This document shows positions 22,668-38,500 of a stretch of 64,000 bases of DNA, in pieces. A program made the translations under genes and the position numbers. The notes beneath the pieces are model-generated. The model did no database searches, was not told the origin of the DNA, and worked only from the letters and a program-made list of their open reading frames with translations. Position 1 is the first letter of the stretch. Each line of letters opens with the position of its first letter. Source of the DNA: Macrostomum lignano (Eukaryota); NCBI GenBank assembly GCA_002269645.1, contig NIVC01001952.1, forward strand, positions 1-64,000, written 5' to 3'.

Positions 22668-24125
22668 TCATTCTTCATCAGCTCCACCGTCGGTCGGCGC
22701 CATCTCCGATGCCAGCGGGCGCATCTCGGCTAGCCTCAGAGCGTCCTTTTCGTTAGAAGCGACTTCGTCTCGCTGGCGCAGAACCTGCGCCGCAATGACG
22801 CAGTGTCCTTTGTTCTCGGGCGAACTGGACGGCGAGCCTCCTTCCGGGTAGTTATTTCGCTGGTGCGGCTGGTGCTGGCCTACCGTGCTGCTGACGATCC
22901 CGGACGTGAAGTTTGTTCCCGTCCCTGGGCTGCCACCACCGTAGCGAACTCCGCGCGAAGTATCAGCAGCTGTCAGTCGGGCAGCCCAGCGAGGACAGAG
23001 CGTCACGAGCATTGACTTGCGGAAGGAGGCGGACACAACGCAATAAAGAATGAAGTTGACCGCGCAGCCAAGGACCTGGCTAAGCGTGACAACATGAAGC
23101 AGAGAGTTGACGCTATAGTAGGTGGGCACGGAACTGACGTCACCCCGACGCAGACGGTCCTTCAACTCGCCGGTGATAAACTCACGGCAGAAGAAGTTTA
23201 CCAGTTCGGCGGGAGCAATGGTAACAAAAAATATGGCTGTTGCTGCCACCAGAAGAGGCGTCAAACTGTCTTTTTGCTGCTGCTGTTGTTGCTGCTGTCG
23301 GGTTGTTTTATCGAATCGCACCTGCATCTTGCCGCTGGCCCGGTTAGTGTTGTTGCTCCTGTTGCGCGAACTGACAACTGCAGATGAGTCAGCATCTCGG
23401 GAGCTTCCTGTCAAACGGTTGCGCTGCCGAAGGCTGGACCTGTAGGCTAGAATCAGCTTAACATTTCCCACAATCATCACCAGCAGGGGTAGAACATTAA
23501 CTAGAATCGCGCAGAGCCAAGGATACACCAGGGTGAAGAGTCTATGCGAGAAAAAGTCGCGCCTCTTCTGCACGTAGCAAACCGGCTCCGGGCCGCAGGG
23601 CGCGTGGCGCTCAATTTTAAACTTAAAAAAGTACGGAGCGTGCAGCCCGAAAGCCAGCAGAAATATTCCGACAATGGCGCAGCGCAGTTTGCGCCGAGTC
23701 AGCCAGGATCTGGCGCGTAGCGGCTGCCAGACGGCTATGTAGCGGCAGACGGTGATGGAGAGGGTGAGCCAGATGCTGGTGGCTAGAAACGCGCTGACCA
23801 TGGCGGAGGCCCAGGCGCGTGCGTGGCTCAGTAGCCAGGAGGTGCGCACGCCAACTGTAATGCTGAGCGGCAGAGCCCACAGACAGACGCTGAGGTCGGA
23901 CACGGCCAGTGCGGTCAGCGAGTGCGACACCGAGCCTTCTAGACCTTCGCGGCCGAGGCGGCGTCGTATAAAGACGGCAAGATTGACGGCATTGCCGGCT
24001 AGTCCGATGCAGCACACCAGCTTCAGGGCCACGTCCATCACTGCGAACTCGAAGGTCTTTGCGTTGCTTAAGTGCTCTGCAATTAGCTCGCGAAACTCGT
24101 CGCTGCTGTTGTTACTTGATGGCAT
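22668..24125 (-). CDS. Intronless class A GPCR, peptide (FMRFamide-receptor-like) type, about 485 aa
   Basis: Seven hydrophobic helices, GLAGNAVNL (TM1), LAVSDL (TM2), CRYIAVWQPL (TM3), LAFGLHAPYFF (TM4) and AVNFILYCVVSASFRK (TM7/H8). The likely ATG is at 24125 (MPSSNNSS), just after acceptor TTGCAG. Confidence 0.92.
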   Translation of the reverse strand: MPSSNNSSDEFRELIAEHLSNAKTFEFAVMDVALKLVCCIGLAGNAVNLAVFIRRRLGREGLEGSVSHSLTALAVSDLSVCLWALPLSITVGVRTSWLLSHARAWASAMVSAFLATSIWLTLSITVCRYIAVWQPLRARSWLTRRKLRCAIVGIFLLAFGLHAPYFFKFKIERHAPCGPEPVCYVQKRRDFFSHRLFTLVYPWLCAILVNVLPLLVMIVGNVKLILAYRSSLRQRNRLTGSSRDADSSAVVSSRNRSNNTNRASGKMQVRFDKTTRQQQQQQQQKDSLTPLLVAATAIFFVTIAPAELVNFFCREFITGELKDRLRRGDVSSVPTYYSVNSLLHVVTLSQVLGCAVNFILYCVVSASFRKSMLVTLCPRWAARLTAADTSRGVRYGGGSPGTGTNFTSGIVSSTVGQHQPHQRNNYPEGGSPSSSPENKGHCVIAAQVLRQRDEVASNEKDALRLAEMRPLASEMAPTDGGADEE

Positions 24126-24904
24126 CTTGGCGAGCTGCAATGAGGTGAGATAATTGACATGTTAGCTGCGGATTTTATTGTACAGTTCTTGCCCAATCAA
24201 AAACTGGGATGTACTTTTTAACCTTTCCGTCAGTTTTGAGATTTGGGGATAAGGAAGACGTCTGAAAATAAAAAAACGAAACTTTTCCACTTGCAGTTGC
24301 TCTGATACGAAGGTAATTAAAACGTCACCAGCTGTCACTTAATAAAAATAATATAGCATTAATTACCCTTGTACACTCATACTGTAGCTGAGTTTACTTA
24401 ATACTGATTGAAATGTAAATTACATTCTCTGGCCTGCAGGAAGCCATCTGCAGGAAGATGCGGGCACAAGGCCTTGGTACCTGCATTTAAATCTTCGCTG
24501 ACAGCTTTTGAAGCAGCCTTTGGGTTGACTGCGATCTGAGATGTCACTTTAGGGTGAAGTGCAATTGTTTTATTAACAGGAAATGAAACTACAAGTCATT
24601 TCTCAGGAATTGGCAGCGAGGTGTGGGTGCACGAGTAGCATTCAACTTTGTTCTTGAAGCCTTTCTGAACTTTTATTCCTCCCCATTCTTAGTTGCTAAG
24701 TCGATTCGGAGCTTCGTCTGCCTGACAATGCTGAGATAATTTGCATTGTCATGCTGCAATTGCGCACGTAGACTGCTTGACTGGCTCCGGGCTGGCGTAA
24801 GCGTGCAACAAAAAAATGAATGACGGCAGTCAAAGTTAACAAAGCTCAGCATCACAAAATATTCGGTTATTCGATTCCCTGAAGCACCTTCACACTTGAC
24901 TGCG

Positions 24905-25090
24905 GGACAGAGGAATGGGAGAGAAGAGTGAATGGACAAGAGAGATAAGAGAAAGGAGAGACGAGGGAATATAGTACAATAGAGGAGATGGTAAGAGAGG
25001 AGAAATGAAATAGGAGAGTAGAGAGGAGATCAGAGAAGAATAGAGAAGACAGAGGAGATTATAAAGAAGGGAGCTGAGAAGAGACACAAG
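24905..25090. repeat. Degenerate purine-rich (GA-rich) low-complexity tract
   Basis: Directly visible AGAG/GGAG-rich stretch. Confidence 0.7.
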
Positions 25091-26541
25091 TCTTGAGCAG
25101 GCCAGATTGCTATTGTGAAGTTTCAAAGGACCCGAGGTCCGGATTGAGAGGCTTCGCGGGCCGGAGTCTGCCTGTTCCCTCTAGGATATGCATGTTTGCA
25201 AGGCCCCTAATCTTCAGACTTGATCAGTGAGTCGGTCAGAAAAAGCGGATTTAGGCAAATATTGTTTTCTCGATTATACCGGTAATTGCTGAGAAATCTT
25301 TTATTGGCATTAAAAGACTTCTAAAACTGCTGCAGTGCTTGCAGAAGGCAGTTTGCTAATCCAGCTGGCTTCCCCATTCTATTTTCATCAGACCAGGCAG
25401 AAAATCCTCTCGGATTATAGCTCTTAATTTTCCCAATTAACAATAAAGGAGATGGGGAAAATATTAAGTTGGAATTTTTCCCATCTATTTCTCTCAGTTT
25501 CGTTGACTTTATTGCTCGTACGCTGCTGTTTGGCGAGCTGCGTCGTCTTTATCCCCGGGGAAACAGCCCGGGGTTAATAGTGGCCCCGAGAAGACCTGGC
25601 AAACACGGAAACTGTTAGCTGGATTCTCTGCCGTCTCCTGGCTGAAATTGCATTAAACCGAGCCAACTGCTGTAGTAAGTTGGAAAGCTAACAATGAAAG
25701 ATACACGGCGTGAAAGTTTGCCAGGCCCACCCAAAAGCAGTGCAGGTAAGCAAACGTGGCGGGTATGCGAACCATTGCTGCAGTACATTCATGCTTCCAG
25801 GTTGATTTGCTGAGATAGGCGGAGGGCTGAGCACAGCGGACACAAATTGTTAATCCTTGATTGCCTGTTAAAGTTTAGTCCTGCCGGCTCAGAGTGAGTA
25901 GTTCTATCCTACATTAGAATCCTATTTCATCTACGAATACAGAGCTCAAATCTGACTTTCCCCGTTTGTCTTCATTAAAAATTTTGGGGAGAGAGAATTC
26001 AGACTGGGCCCGGTGGTTCTCCACTTCCTTTCCTTGCACTGCCTCATTGCGCATCTGCAACCGCGTATTTGTATATTCCGTAGCAATTACGAGTTTGCAT
26101 CAGTCGTTTCTCTTGAAAAATAGAGAAAAGCCACATTAACGGTTTTTTTTATCTATCTTCCTTCCTAGCAGAAAAAAACACGTAAAATGCGCAACTAAGA
26201 ATACGCAGTCACGGGTCCAATCTAATGTCAAATTCGATCGGGTACTTTTCTAACTTCTAATCCCGACTGTACAGTTGATGAAGTAATTTATCTGGCAAGG
26301 AAAGATTTGCGACCAAGTGCCACTCAGCTGCCGCTCTCTAGACAGCTGTCACAGGATTGGGGAGGAGCGCTCTCTGTGACTAGGCGCTACAGCAGACTTT
26401 GTGACGGGGATTCGGTTTCGATACGGACTCCCGCACAGCTATTTGGCTGTCAGGGCTGAGGAACCTAATTACAGCCGAAACTGAGACTTCACTTGTTCAG
26501 ACCCTCTCATCTTTGAACCATTTTCGTTATTGACTCGAGTC

Positions 26542-26589
<48 letters not shown>
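26542..26589. repeat. (GAT)n microsatellite
   Basis: About 16 perfect GAT units. Confidence 0.97.
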
Positions 26590-27452
26590 AAGGAAATAAG
26601 CAGCCTCGCACCGTCTGCTGGTCTGGGGACGTATAGCTACATCAACCGCTGCGATGATGCTCTAAATTGAGAGCAGCTCAGCTGGCTGCGATGGCGGACG
26701 GCCGCGTCATCCATCCGAGACTTTTCTCATCAAATGACAGGCGCCGGCGCTACAAGGCTAGATCAAGAAAGAAGGTACCGATGCCTTGGGACTCATAAAA
26801 ATCGACAAATTTTACCCTACTGAAGGCTGACTTCTCGCTATCATTGCTTGACCTGCAACTGGTGCATCTGAGAAATTTCCCGTATTTTTGTTGAACTGAT
26901 CTCAGCCCTGTCTAGTCCGGCAGCTGGGTCAATCGTCTCCCCACCGCGTCATCAACGGTGGCAGAGCAATCTAGACGGAGAGTGGCGTGGCTTGAATACT
27001 TTGCTGAGCATTTTTCCAGGGCTCCCCCTGCCAAAAACAACTCTAGTGGCATAAGGCGAATCATCCATCCACATGTTTTCTATAGAACCCGGACTATTGA
27101 GAGCCTCATACTCGTAACATCGGTAAACAAAATACGCAGCTCTTTAGTTTTTACAAAACGAGACAAGAAGGGGGTAAAAATGTAGGAACACACTCGAAAA
27201 AGGTGGGAATTTGCTGCAGAAAAACTCCAAACTGATAGGGTATTTCAGAATTCCCCTCCGACAGGAGCATTGGCGATCGGTGCAGGGAACACGAGATGGC
27301 TTGCATCCCTGCGGGAAAGTGGCAGCTTTGAGTGCCATCCGGAGCGTGCAATTTCTATTGTCTAAAATTTTGTAAAAGTAAAAATACCAACGAAAGCGCT
27401 CCGCAGGGAATGGGATACGCGATTGCAGCTAATTATGGTAGTCGGTCTGCTT

Positions 27453-27686
27453 TCAGCTCATTGCAGTCACCAGCTCTATCGAAGTCTCTTTAAGCCTCGC
27501 CGACTTAAATAAAAAAGAGCTAGTTTCAGACGCTTTCTGCTCGAACCTGCGCCGTTCGTTCAAGCGCGCATTTCCGGGGCCTTTTATTTTTTCCGACTCG
27601 TATTGTGCCTCCTGCTCAGCTGCAACCTGAGCGGCTTGCAACAACAGGAGCAGCAGTGGGAGCCCCGGCTTCAGTTCACGACTCAT
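27453..27686 (-). CDS. Candidate small secreted protein or first exon with a signal peptide
   Basis: MSRELKPGLPLLLLLLQAAQVAA is signal-peptide-like. A charged region with RRR follows. Downstream splicing is unresolved. Confidence 0.4.
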   Translation of the reverse strand: MSRELKPGLPLLLLLLQAAQVAAEQEAQYESEKIKGPGNARLNERRRFEQKASETSSFLFKSARLKETSIELVTAMS

Positions 27687-28904
27687 CGTTGGATTTCTCT
27701 ACGCATTCAGAAGCAGAAAATCCTGCTCACATGCTATTGCTTAGCAAGCCAAGAGGTTTCAGTATTAACCACTTTAAGAGCCTAGAATGAATAGCACAGT
27801 ACACATTGAACTATAAAACTTCAACATTGGTATGCACTCAAGATCGCAATCTCTTATGCTCAAGTCGTAAAGCATACGAAATCCATTTTCAAACGGTTCA
27901 GAAAAATTCCACGATAAACTTCCGAAGTGACTTACCGTGCTCGTAAGCTGGCTGCGAAATGTTTCAACTATGCAATATTATATGCATGAGGCCCAGCAAC
28001 TCAAGTTACTTTGGGGGACTTCGAGCTCCATTTGATCTGCCATGCGCCTTTAGTTGTTTTATCTTCCCAGGGAATACAATCTGCCGTATGCCAGTGGCCC
28101 AGGACCGCTAAGCTCAGGCGCTGTCATTGGACCGACATTGCAGACCAATGCAGGATAGAGATAGAGAGGCAAATGCTTTTTTCCTAGCTTTCATTTTCCA
28201 TCTATTGGCTACTCCACCGATTGAACTTCTAACAAATGCGCTCGCTAATCAGGTGGTTCACATCTGTCCGAGATTTTCCAAAATACACTTAATTGCTTGC
28301 GGCCATTCAGTCTGTTCCGCTCTCATCCTTCAATCCCGAGTCTCAGCTTTGCTCGGATTATCGCATCTGGACTCTCTGGGGGGATGGCCAAGTCAAGGAC
28401 CTAAACAACTACTGGGACATTCTTCTAGTCAAGAAATCCTGAGCCAAATTTAATTAAATTTGTCGAAACCAGTGGCTTAAATGCTCGGGGCTGAATCGGG
28501 CCAATTATGCGTGAGATTGAGTTATTAAGCCACGGTTTATTGCCGGAGACTCACTTATCGTCTACTTTTTGGGACTTAAGGATAGCCACTTATATTTAAT
28601 GATATCGATAGCTTCGGATTTCGTCTTGCAGATTGCATTTCAGTGTGAGCAACATTTCCAACTGTTGTGAATTGAGCTTTTGTGTTCTCGGCGTAGACTA
28701 TTTGCAGCTTATATGGACATATGGCTGAGCTTGACTCAGCTGCACGGGGTTCCGGGCATCCGGATGCAGCGAGGAGGCGTTGCCGCCCATTCCGCTAACC
28801 CCCTAGCGCCCACGGGCAGCTGGTGCCGGTGTCCGCAGCACGGTCCCCCTCCGGAGAGTCCAGGAGGTGGATGGTCGCTGGCCCGGTAGCCCTTAGGTAG
28901 AGGA

Positions 28905-29195
28905 CGAGCTGGCAGAGATTCTCGGGCCTGAAAACGTCGGGTTTGGGCCAAGGTAGATGAGCCTGTCCTGAGTAAAACCGTGGCATTCACAGATGAAGTA
29001 CTCCGCATTCTTGACACCGGAGAGGCAGAATGGGCATTCCTCGTTTTTTTACGGATTTTTCCCTGGGGGTGACGATGCCTTTCAAAACCGCCATGTCCCG
29101 AGAGGGCCATGGTCACCGCCCTGCTGTCCCTGTGGTTGAGTCCAAGCAGGGCCCTGCGGAGGGCGTGGGAGCATATATACGCATCGCCAAATTCC
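28905..29195 (-). mobile_element. Decayed 3' fragment of a non-LTR retrotransposon ORF2 (C-terminal Cys/His domain; I/R1/LOA-like)
   Basis: LNHRDSRAVTMALSGHGGFERHRH, a frameshift in an A-run, then ECPFCLSGVKNAEYFICECHGFTQDRLIYLG. This matches the LxGHG..H...C..C....H..C.C....R...LG pattern. Confidence 0.7.
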
Positions 29196-30049
29196 AAAAA
29201 CAAATTTAAAAAACTCCACAGAAGGCAAAGACGAACATTAGTTTTGTTTTTAACTTTAGTAGACCTATATAACGCCTTGTATACTAATTGGAATTAATTT
29301 TAGTGTCTAAAACAGCGACTATGCAGCCTTCTGCATAGGTCAGACCAGCCAAACTCATCCAGCAAGATTCAATCTGGCTGATCCGTCTACCGCGACTAAG
29401 TAAATAACCATTAGCTCGTACTGTTGCCTCACGTTTTAAGGCAGAAATGTGGCATCTGGGGAGGGAGCAGAAGAAAAGCTGTTTTTCTGCTTATCTCTTC
29501 TAGCCAAGCCCATAGTTCTTGTTCTGTACGGAGATTTACTCTGCTCCATTCAAGCCCCCGGCGTCTCATCGCTGCGCGCTCTCCCTCCCTTTCTCTTTCT
29601 CTCGGCACAATGAGAAAAAATTGGCCACAGTTGGCAGCGCGACCAAGGGTCCCGAGGCAGACTCGGACGGAGCCAAAGCGTGCTGATAACACACTGCATG
29701 GAGACTGGGGCGCAGGCTGGGCGGCAACCTTTCTGTTTGCTACTCTTGTTAGCTGCTTGGCAGAGGCCCACAGACAGGCATTGAGAGAAGCGACTTTGCC
29801 TTGTCAGGCTCATTCAGGTGCGCGCGAGCCGCAGGTGAGCGAGCAAAATTGGGCCATATTTCTAGTTGTTCTACTGTGGAATTTTGTCTACTTGCAGTTG
29901 CATTACCAGTAATGTGTGATTGTGCGACGGGAGTGGGCGAGCCAAGGGGTGGGTGGCGTCGCTGTCTTTGTGCCCGGAGTTTAAAACTTACCAGAATAAG
30001 CCCCTGCCGCACCGGGGCCAGAGCGTGCAAAACAGTTTCAAGCAAAGTT

Positions 30050-33960
<3,911 letters not shown>

Positions 33961-35522
33961 GTGAGTGCAGAACCGTTGGCCTTGATTAATTGAATAGCCA
34001 AATTTAATCGAGCTAGGAAGTTGCTGTCTAAACGCATTTCCGCCACCTGTGAAGCCTGATTGCGGCATAAGGGTCTTGCTGTTGCTAATACAGTGTATCA
34101 ATTTAGCACTCGTCATTCGAGGAGACATGCAGATGGGGGGAGAATTCGCTCCAACTATGATATAGAAATATTTCCGCTGAGAGCTATGAATCGTACCGTT
34201 TCTATTTTAATGCTTTGGTGTACCAAAACTGATGCTAGAAAACATGCAGATTAGTCAGTTTTAGGAAAAAAACTGTGGCTCATTAGGTCATTTTTATGCT
34301 CGCATGCTGACTGCCTTTCTCATCGAAGTGTGAGCTTTAGGGGCGCTCACGTAATCTATCGAACTACTTGGCAGGCATCTTTTAACTATTCTCTCAAGCT
34401 TAAGCGTGCTGTAAGCCTTCAATAAATGGTTAGAAAGAACTTTCTGCTCTTTTCTGATCTCGATTCCTCGAGCAAAGAAGCAATCAGTTAAATTGAAGCA
34501 GAAAGATCTTACAGTCCTGTGAGATTGAGCATTGGATTTTAGCTTGAGCTGCCGTCCCGTTCGAGCAGAGACTGTATGCAGACCGCCCCTACTGCTGGTT
34601 TGTAAGTAGGCGCTCAATCAACAGCTACGGGGCTGAGCACCTGCCCGGCTCTATTACTATACAAAATGACTGCCTTAACAACAGCCTGGCCTGCGGGGAA
34701 GCAGGTGAGCCTGGAATCCCCGTGAAAATTAGGCCAGCCAAACCGGAAGCCGTCTCTAGTGCGCTTCGCTTGGCTCTCTTGCCTCTTCAAAACACGAATG
34801 GCTCTTTATGTAGTCTGTACTCGACTGTCTTTGCAGTTAATTAAAAATAATTGTATCCAAGCGAAAAGCCGCAAACAGGTTGTCCTGCCAATTTTTCAAG
34901 AGCCGCCACTAGGAATTCACTATACGTAAGACGTAATAGTTAATAAGCCTATTCCCGGTAAAAAAAGTGTTATAGGAATTTTTTTACTTTGAAAATTCAA
35001 AGAAAAAAGAAAATTTCTTTGAACAAAAACGACAATTTTGTTATTGTAGCTAACCTAGCTATAAACATAATTCGAAAATAGCATACGATTGACAAAATCT
35101 GTCCGGAAAAAAGCGCTGAAAAGACATACAAGCAAAGGTATTACACCCAGTGTCATGAATTTTCGGTATTTGAGTCTCGAATAAAGGTTATTTAGTTTCG
35201 TCATAGAAAATGATTAATTTTAGTCACTCGTGGTTCTACAATTAGTTACTGGTCTAGTGTAAGTCTAGTCGAGAAGTCCTTGCAATATATTTTAGCGGTA
35301 GCTGTTGCATCAAATCGGCACTTCGATGCCTAGATAAAAATCTGTATGTAGCTAGATAATTCCATTCTGGTCAGCTGCATATTAACAGTCAAAAATAGCC
35401 CAGAATGCTACTGATAGTAGTATGCAATCAGTCTACAAATCCAAAAAAATCATTTGATTCGAAATTTGATCACATAAACACAAAATTGCTAAACACTACG
35501 CAATTTGGACTTTCAATCGCAG

Positions 35523-38500
35523 AAAAAGGCTGGCTGACAATCAGGACGAACTACTGAGGCTGCAGAACAACTTAAATGCTCTATCCGGCCCGCCCCAGTG
35601 TCGGACGGCTGATGAGCCAGCGGCAGCGCCTCCTCTGATTGGACATCTGGACCTTGGCCAGGGACCCCCGCAAGCTGACGCTCACCCCGGCGACGCCACG
35701 ACTACCAGCTGCGACGCCGCAACTGACACTGGTTCGCTGACGGAACTGCTGATGCAACTGCTGATAGAGCGTCGGGATTTTGCACGCACCGCCCTTCGTC
35801 GGGACGCGAAGCAACGAGAAGCAGACACGCAAACGGCCAAAGTTGAGTACACTGAACGGCCTCAACCAAGCTGCAATCGCGTCACAGACATGGGTGGCTT
35901 TGCTCAAGTGAAGGAAAGTAGCACTGAATGCCAACTTGCGCTGGAGCAACTTGTCCCAGCTTCAGCTACCACAGGTTCAATCGTACGTAGCGTCACCGCG
36001 TACTGTCAGACGGATGATAGCGAATTTGTTGACATTGAAGCGCCTGTAGAAATAGAAGAACACCAGTTAGCCATGGCACAGCCGGTCGAGTCGTCTGACG
36101 CTTTTGTCCGGTCAGGCCCATCCGAGACCAGCCACTGGAACGGGCAGGTTGGCACCGGAATATTTTGCTTGACAGAAACTGCCAGTCAGGCTGAAAATGG
36201 CGCGCTGGGCTCTAGGCACCAGCAAATGCAGAGTGGCCAGAGTGCATGGCAGTCTCAGGAGGAATTTGTGGTAGCCAGAGGTGTATACACTATCGATGCA
36301 TCTTGCATGACTGACTCTGCTGAGGAGTGCTCTACCAGCGAACTTATTGTGTGTCATCCCAAGGTTGCCGTAGCAGGAACCCAATCAGGAGGTGAGCAGG
36401 CAGTACAGAGCTGCCAGGCTTCAGTAGAAACCTTCCACACAAGTGCGAGAGCCCACCCTGAGGTGGGTAGGGTACAGGTTCTTGCTAGACAGCCGTCCAT
36501 CGAATCCAATGCCAGAATTTACAAGGAGACAATGGACGTAAGTGTTGAATGCAGCCGCAAGATTGAAGACGCTGAGAGTGCTTGGATCGTGGCCACTAAG
36601 GATACAGTTGTAAGCATTCAACCGGCTCGAGCAATGATTGTTGAATCAGAATGCCAGACAGATGAAATAGTGACGTACAGCCTAGAAACTCAGTGCCGTA
36701 TCAGTACTACTGATTCATCCATACAAAACGCCTCGGAGATGGCGGATTTCGAGGCGCAGGTAGCCCCCAATCCGCTGGAGACAAGCAGTATTGCTATACA
36801 GACAGAAATGAACAGCAAGGATGGTAACTCGCAGACTGAAGTTGATTTGGTCAATAAACCAACGGAGCATACCTCGCAGCAAACAGACTCAGTTGAGTCC
36901 ATAACAACAGGATTGACGATAATTCCGAACTCAGTGACAGTTGAGTCCCAGTACCTAATCGCTTGTGTTGACGCAGGAATGGAAACCGTGAAAATTGACA
37001 CATTTGATGCTGCCGTCGAAGCCACTGCTCAAGTGTGTGAAGCCTCGACGGAACCTCAAATTCAACTAAGCAGCAGTGCAGTGCAAACTACTTCAAAGTC
37101 CATGAGAGATGCTCAAACAGAGTTTCAAATAGAGACAGCTGATGATCCAATCCAGAGGGAAAGTGACGTCGAAGAAATTGTCGAAACTTATGTTCCGCCA
37201 CAACAGGCAGTCATGCCCATAGTCGCCCAGAACGAGGACTTCTCTTCTCAGACGGAAGTGTATAGCGTTGACAGTGCAGTTCAAATAGACCGCCAGGTTT
37301 GTGTTCACACAGAAACAGACACAGGCAGGATATTTTTAGAAGACAGTGTCAGGGCGCCAGTGAATGCAGAAGTTTGTCATTCCTCTGCTAAAGCCTCTCC
37401 AGAATATGCAGAAGCATTCACACAAATGCAATTAATGTCAACAGAGATCGCATTACAGTGGGAAATTGAGTGCAAGGATTGCTACACCGAATCAAAGGAG
37501 GAAGTTGTTAGTACCGAGTGCATTGGTCTTCAGACACAAGTCTTGTGCGAAGACAAAGAAACTATCTGCCTGACAGAAACCAGGAATGCTTGTGAGCAGA
37601 CAGAAATAAAAGAAACGATTAATATGGAGACAATGGCACAACCACTAACTCAGCACGTTGCATTAATGTGGGATGGTCCAAAGAACTTGGAGACACTGAC
37701 AAAAGTAGGCCCAAAAACAACCGACACTACAACGAACACTGAAAATATGCAAGTAACGACTATCGAAAAAGAAACCGTTTGTTTCATTTCCACGCATGAA
37801 AATGGTCAGCAAACTGATCAAGCAGACAGCATTTACGCTGCTTTAAAAGTTGGATCTGATGTAGCTGACGCTGAGTTACAAACTGAATCATTAAAAACGA
37901 ATACAAGCGACAAGGAGACCGAGTATGAGATATCACTCAGTGATGGAACGGGCCAAACTGAGATAGAGTGCGATGAGATATCCACAAAAGTTCAGCCACT
38001 CATGACCGCCAGTCCAGCAATGTACGATCCGGAATCGTCCGAAATTGCTACCCAGACTGCCATCGAGGTGAACAGCGACAGTGTCCGGATCGGCTCAACG
38101 TCTGTTGACGCAGAAACATTTACTACATTACGGCTCGAACAATTTGCGCAACAGACTGACTCTACGACAGTCGCCGATCAATCAACGGAGATGAGCTTCG
38201 AAATGGTGTCAGTGTCGCTTCAGACTGACGAAGAGGAGGAGATTCCTAGAGAAGACAAGTTTACACACTACGATCTGTCGTTGCAGGACTCAGGCACAGA
38301 GACTATAAGCGAGATCGACCACGCCGATGTTCGATGCTCCGTGGAAACCTCCGATCTGGAGTGTCAGGCGACGTACGACATGCAAGACACGGCAAGCCAG
38401 ACTCTTCAAGAAGTGTCCGAGTCAGTAGCGTTATTCTGTTCAGAGCTACTCGACGCATCTACAATCACCGACACAATCGAGATAGAAAGGTCGGACAAGG

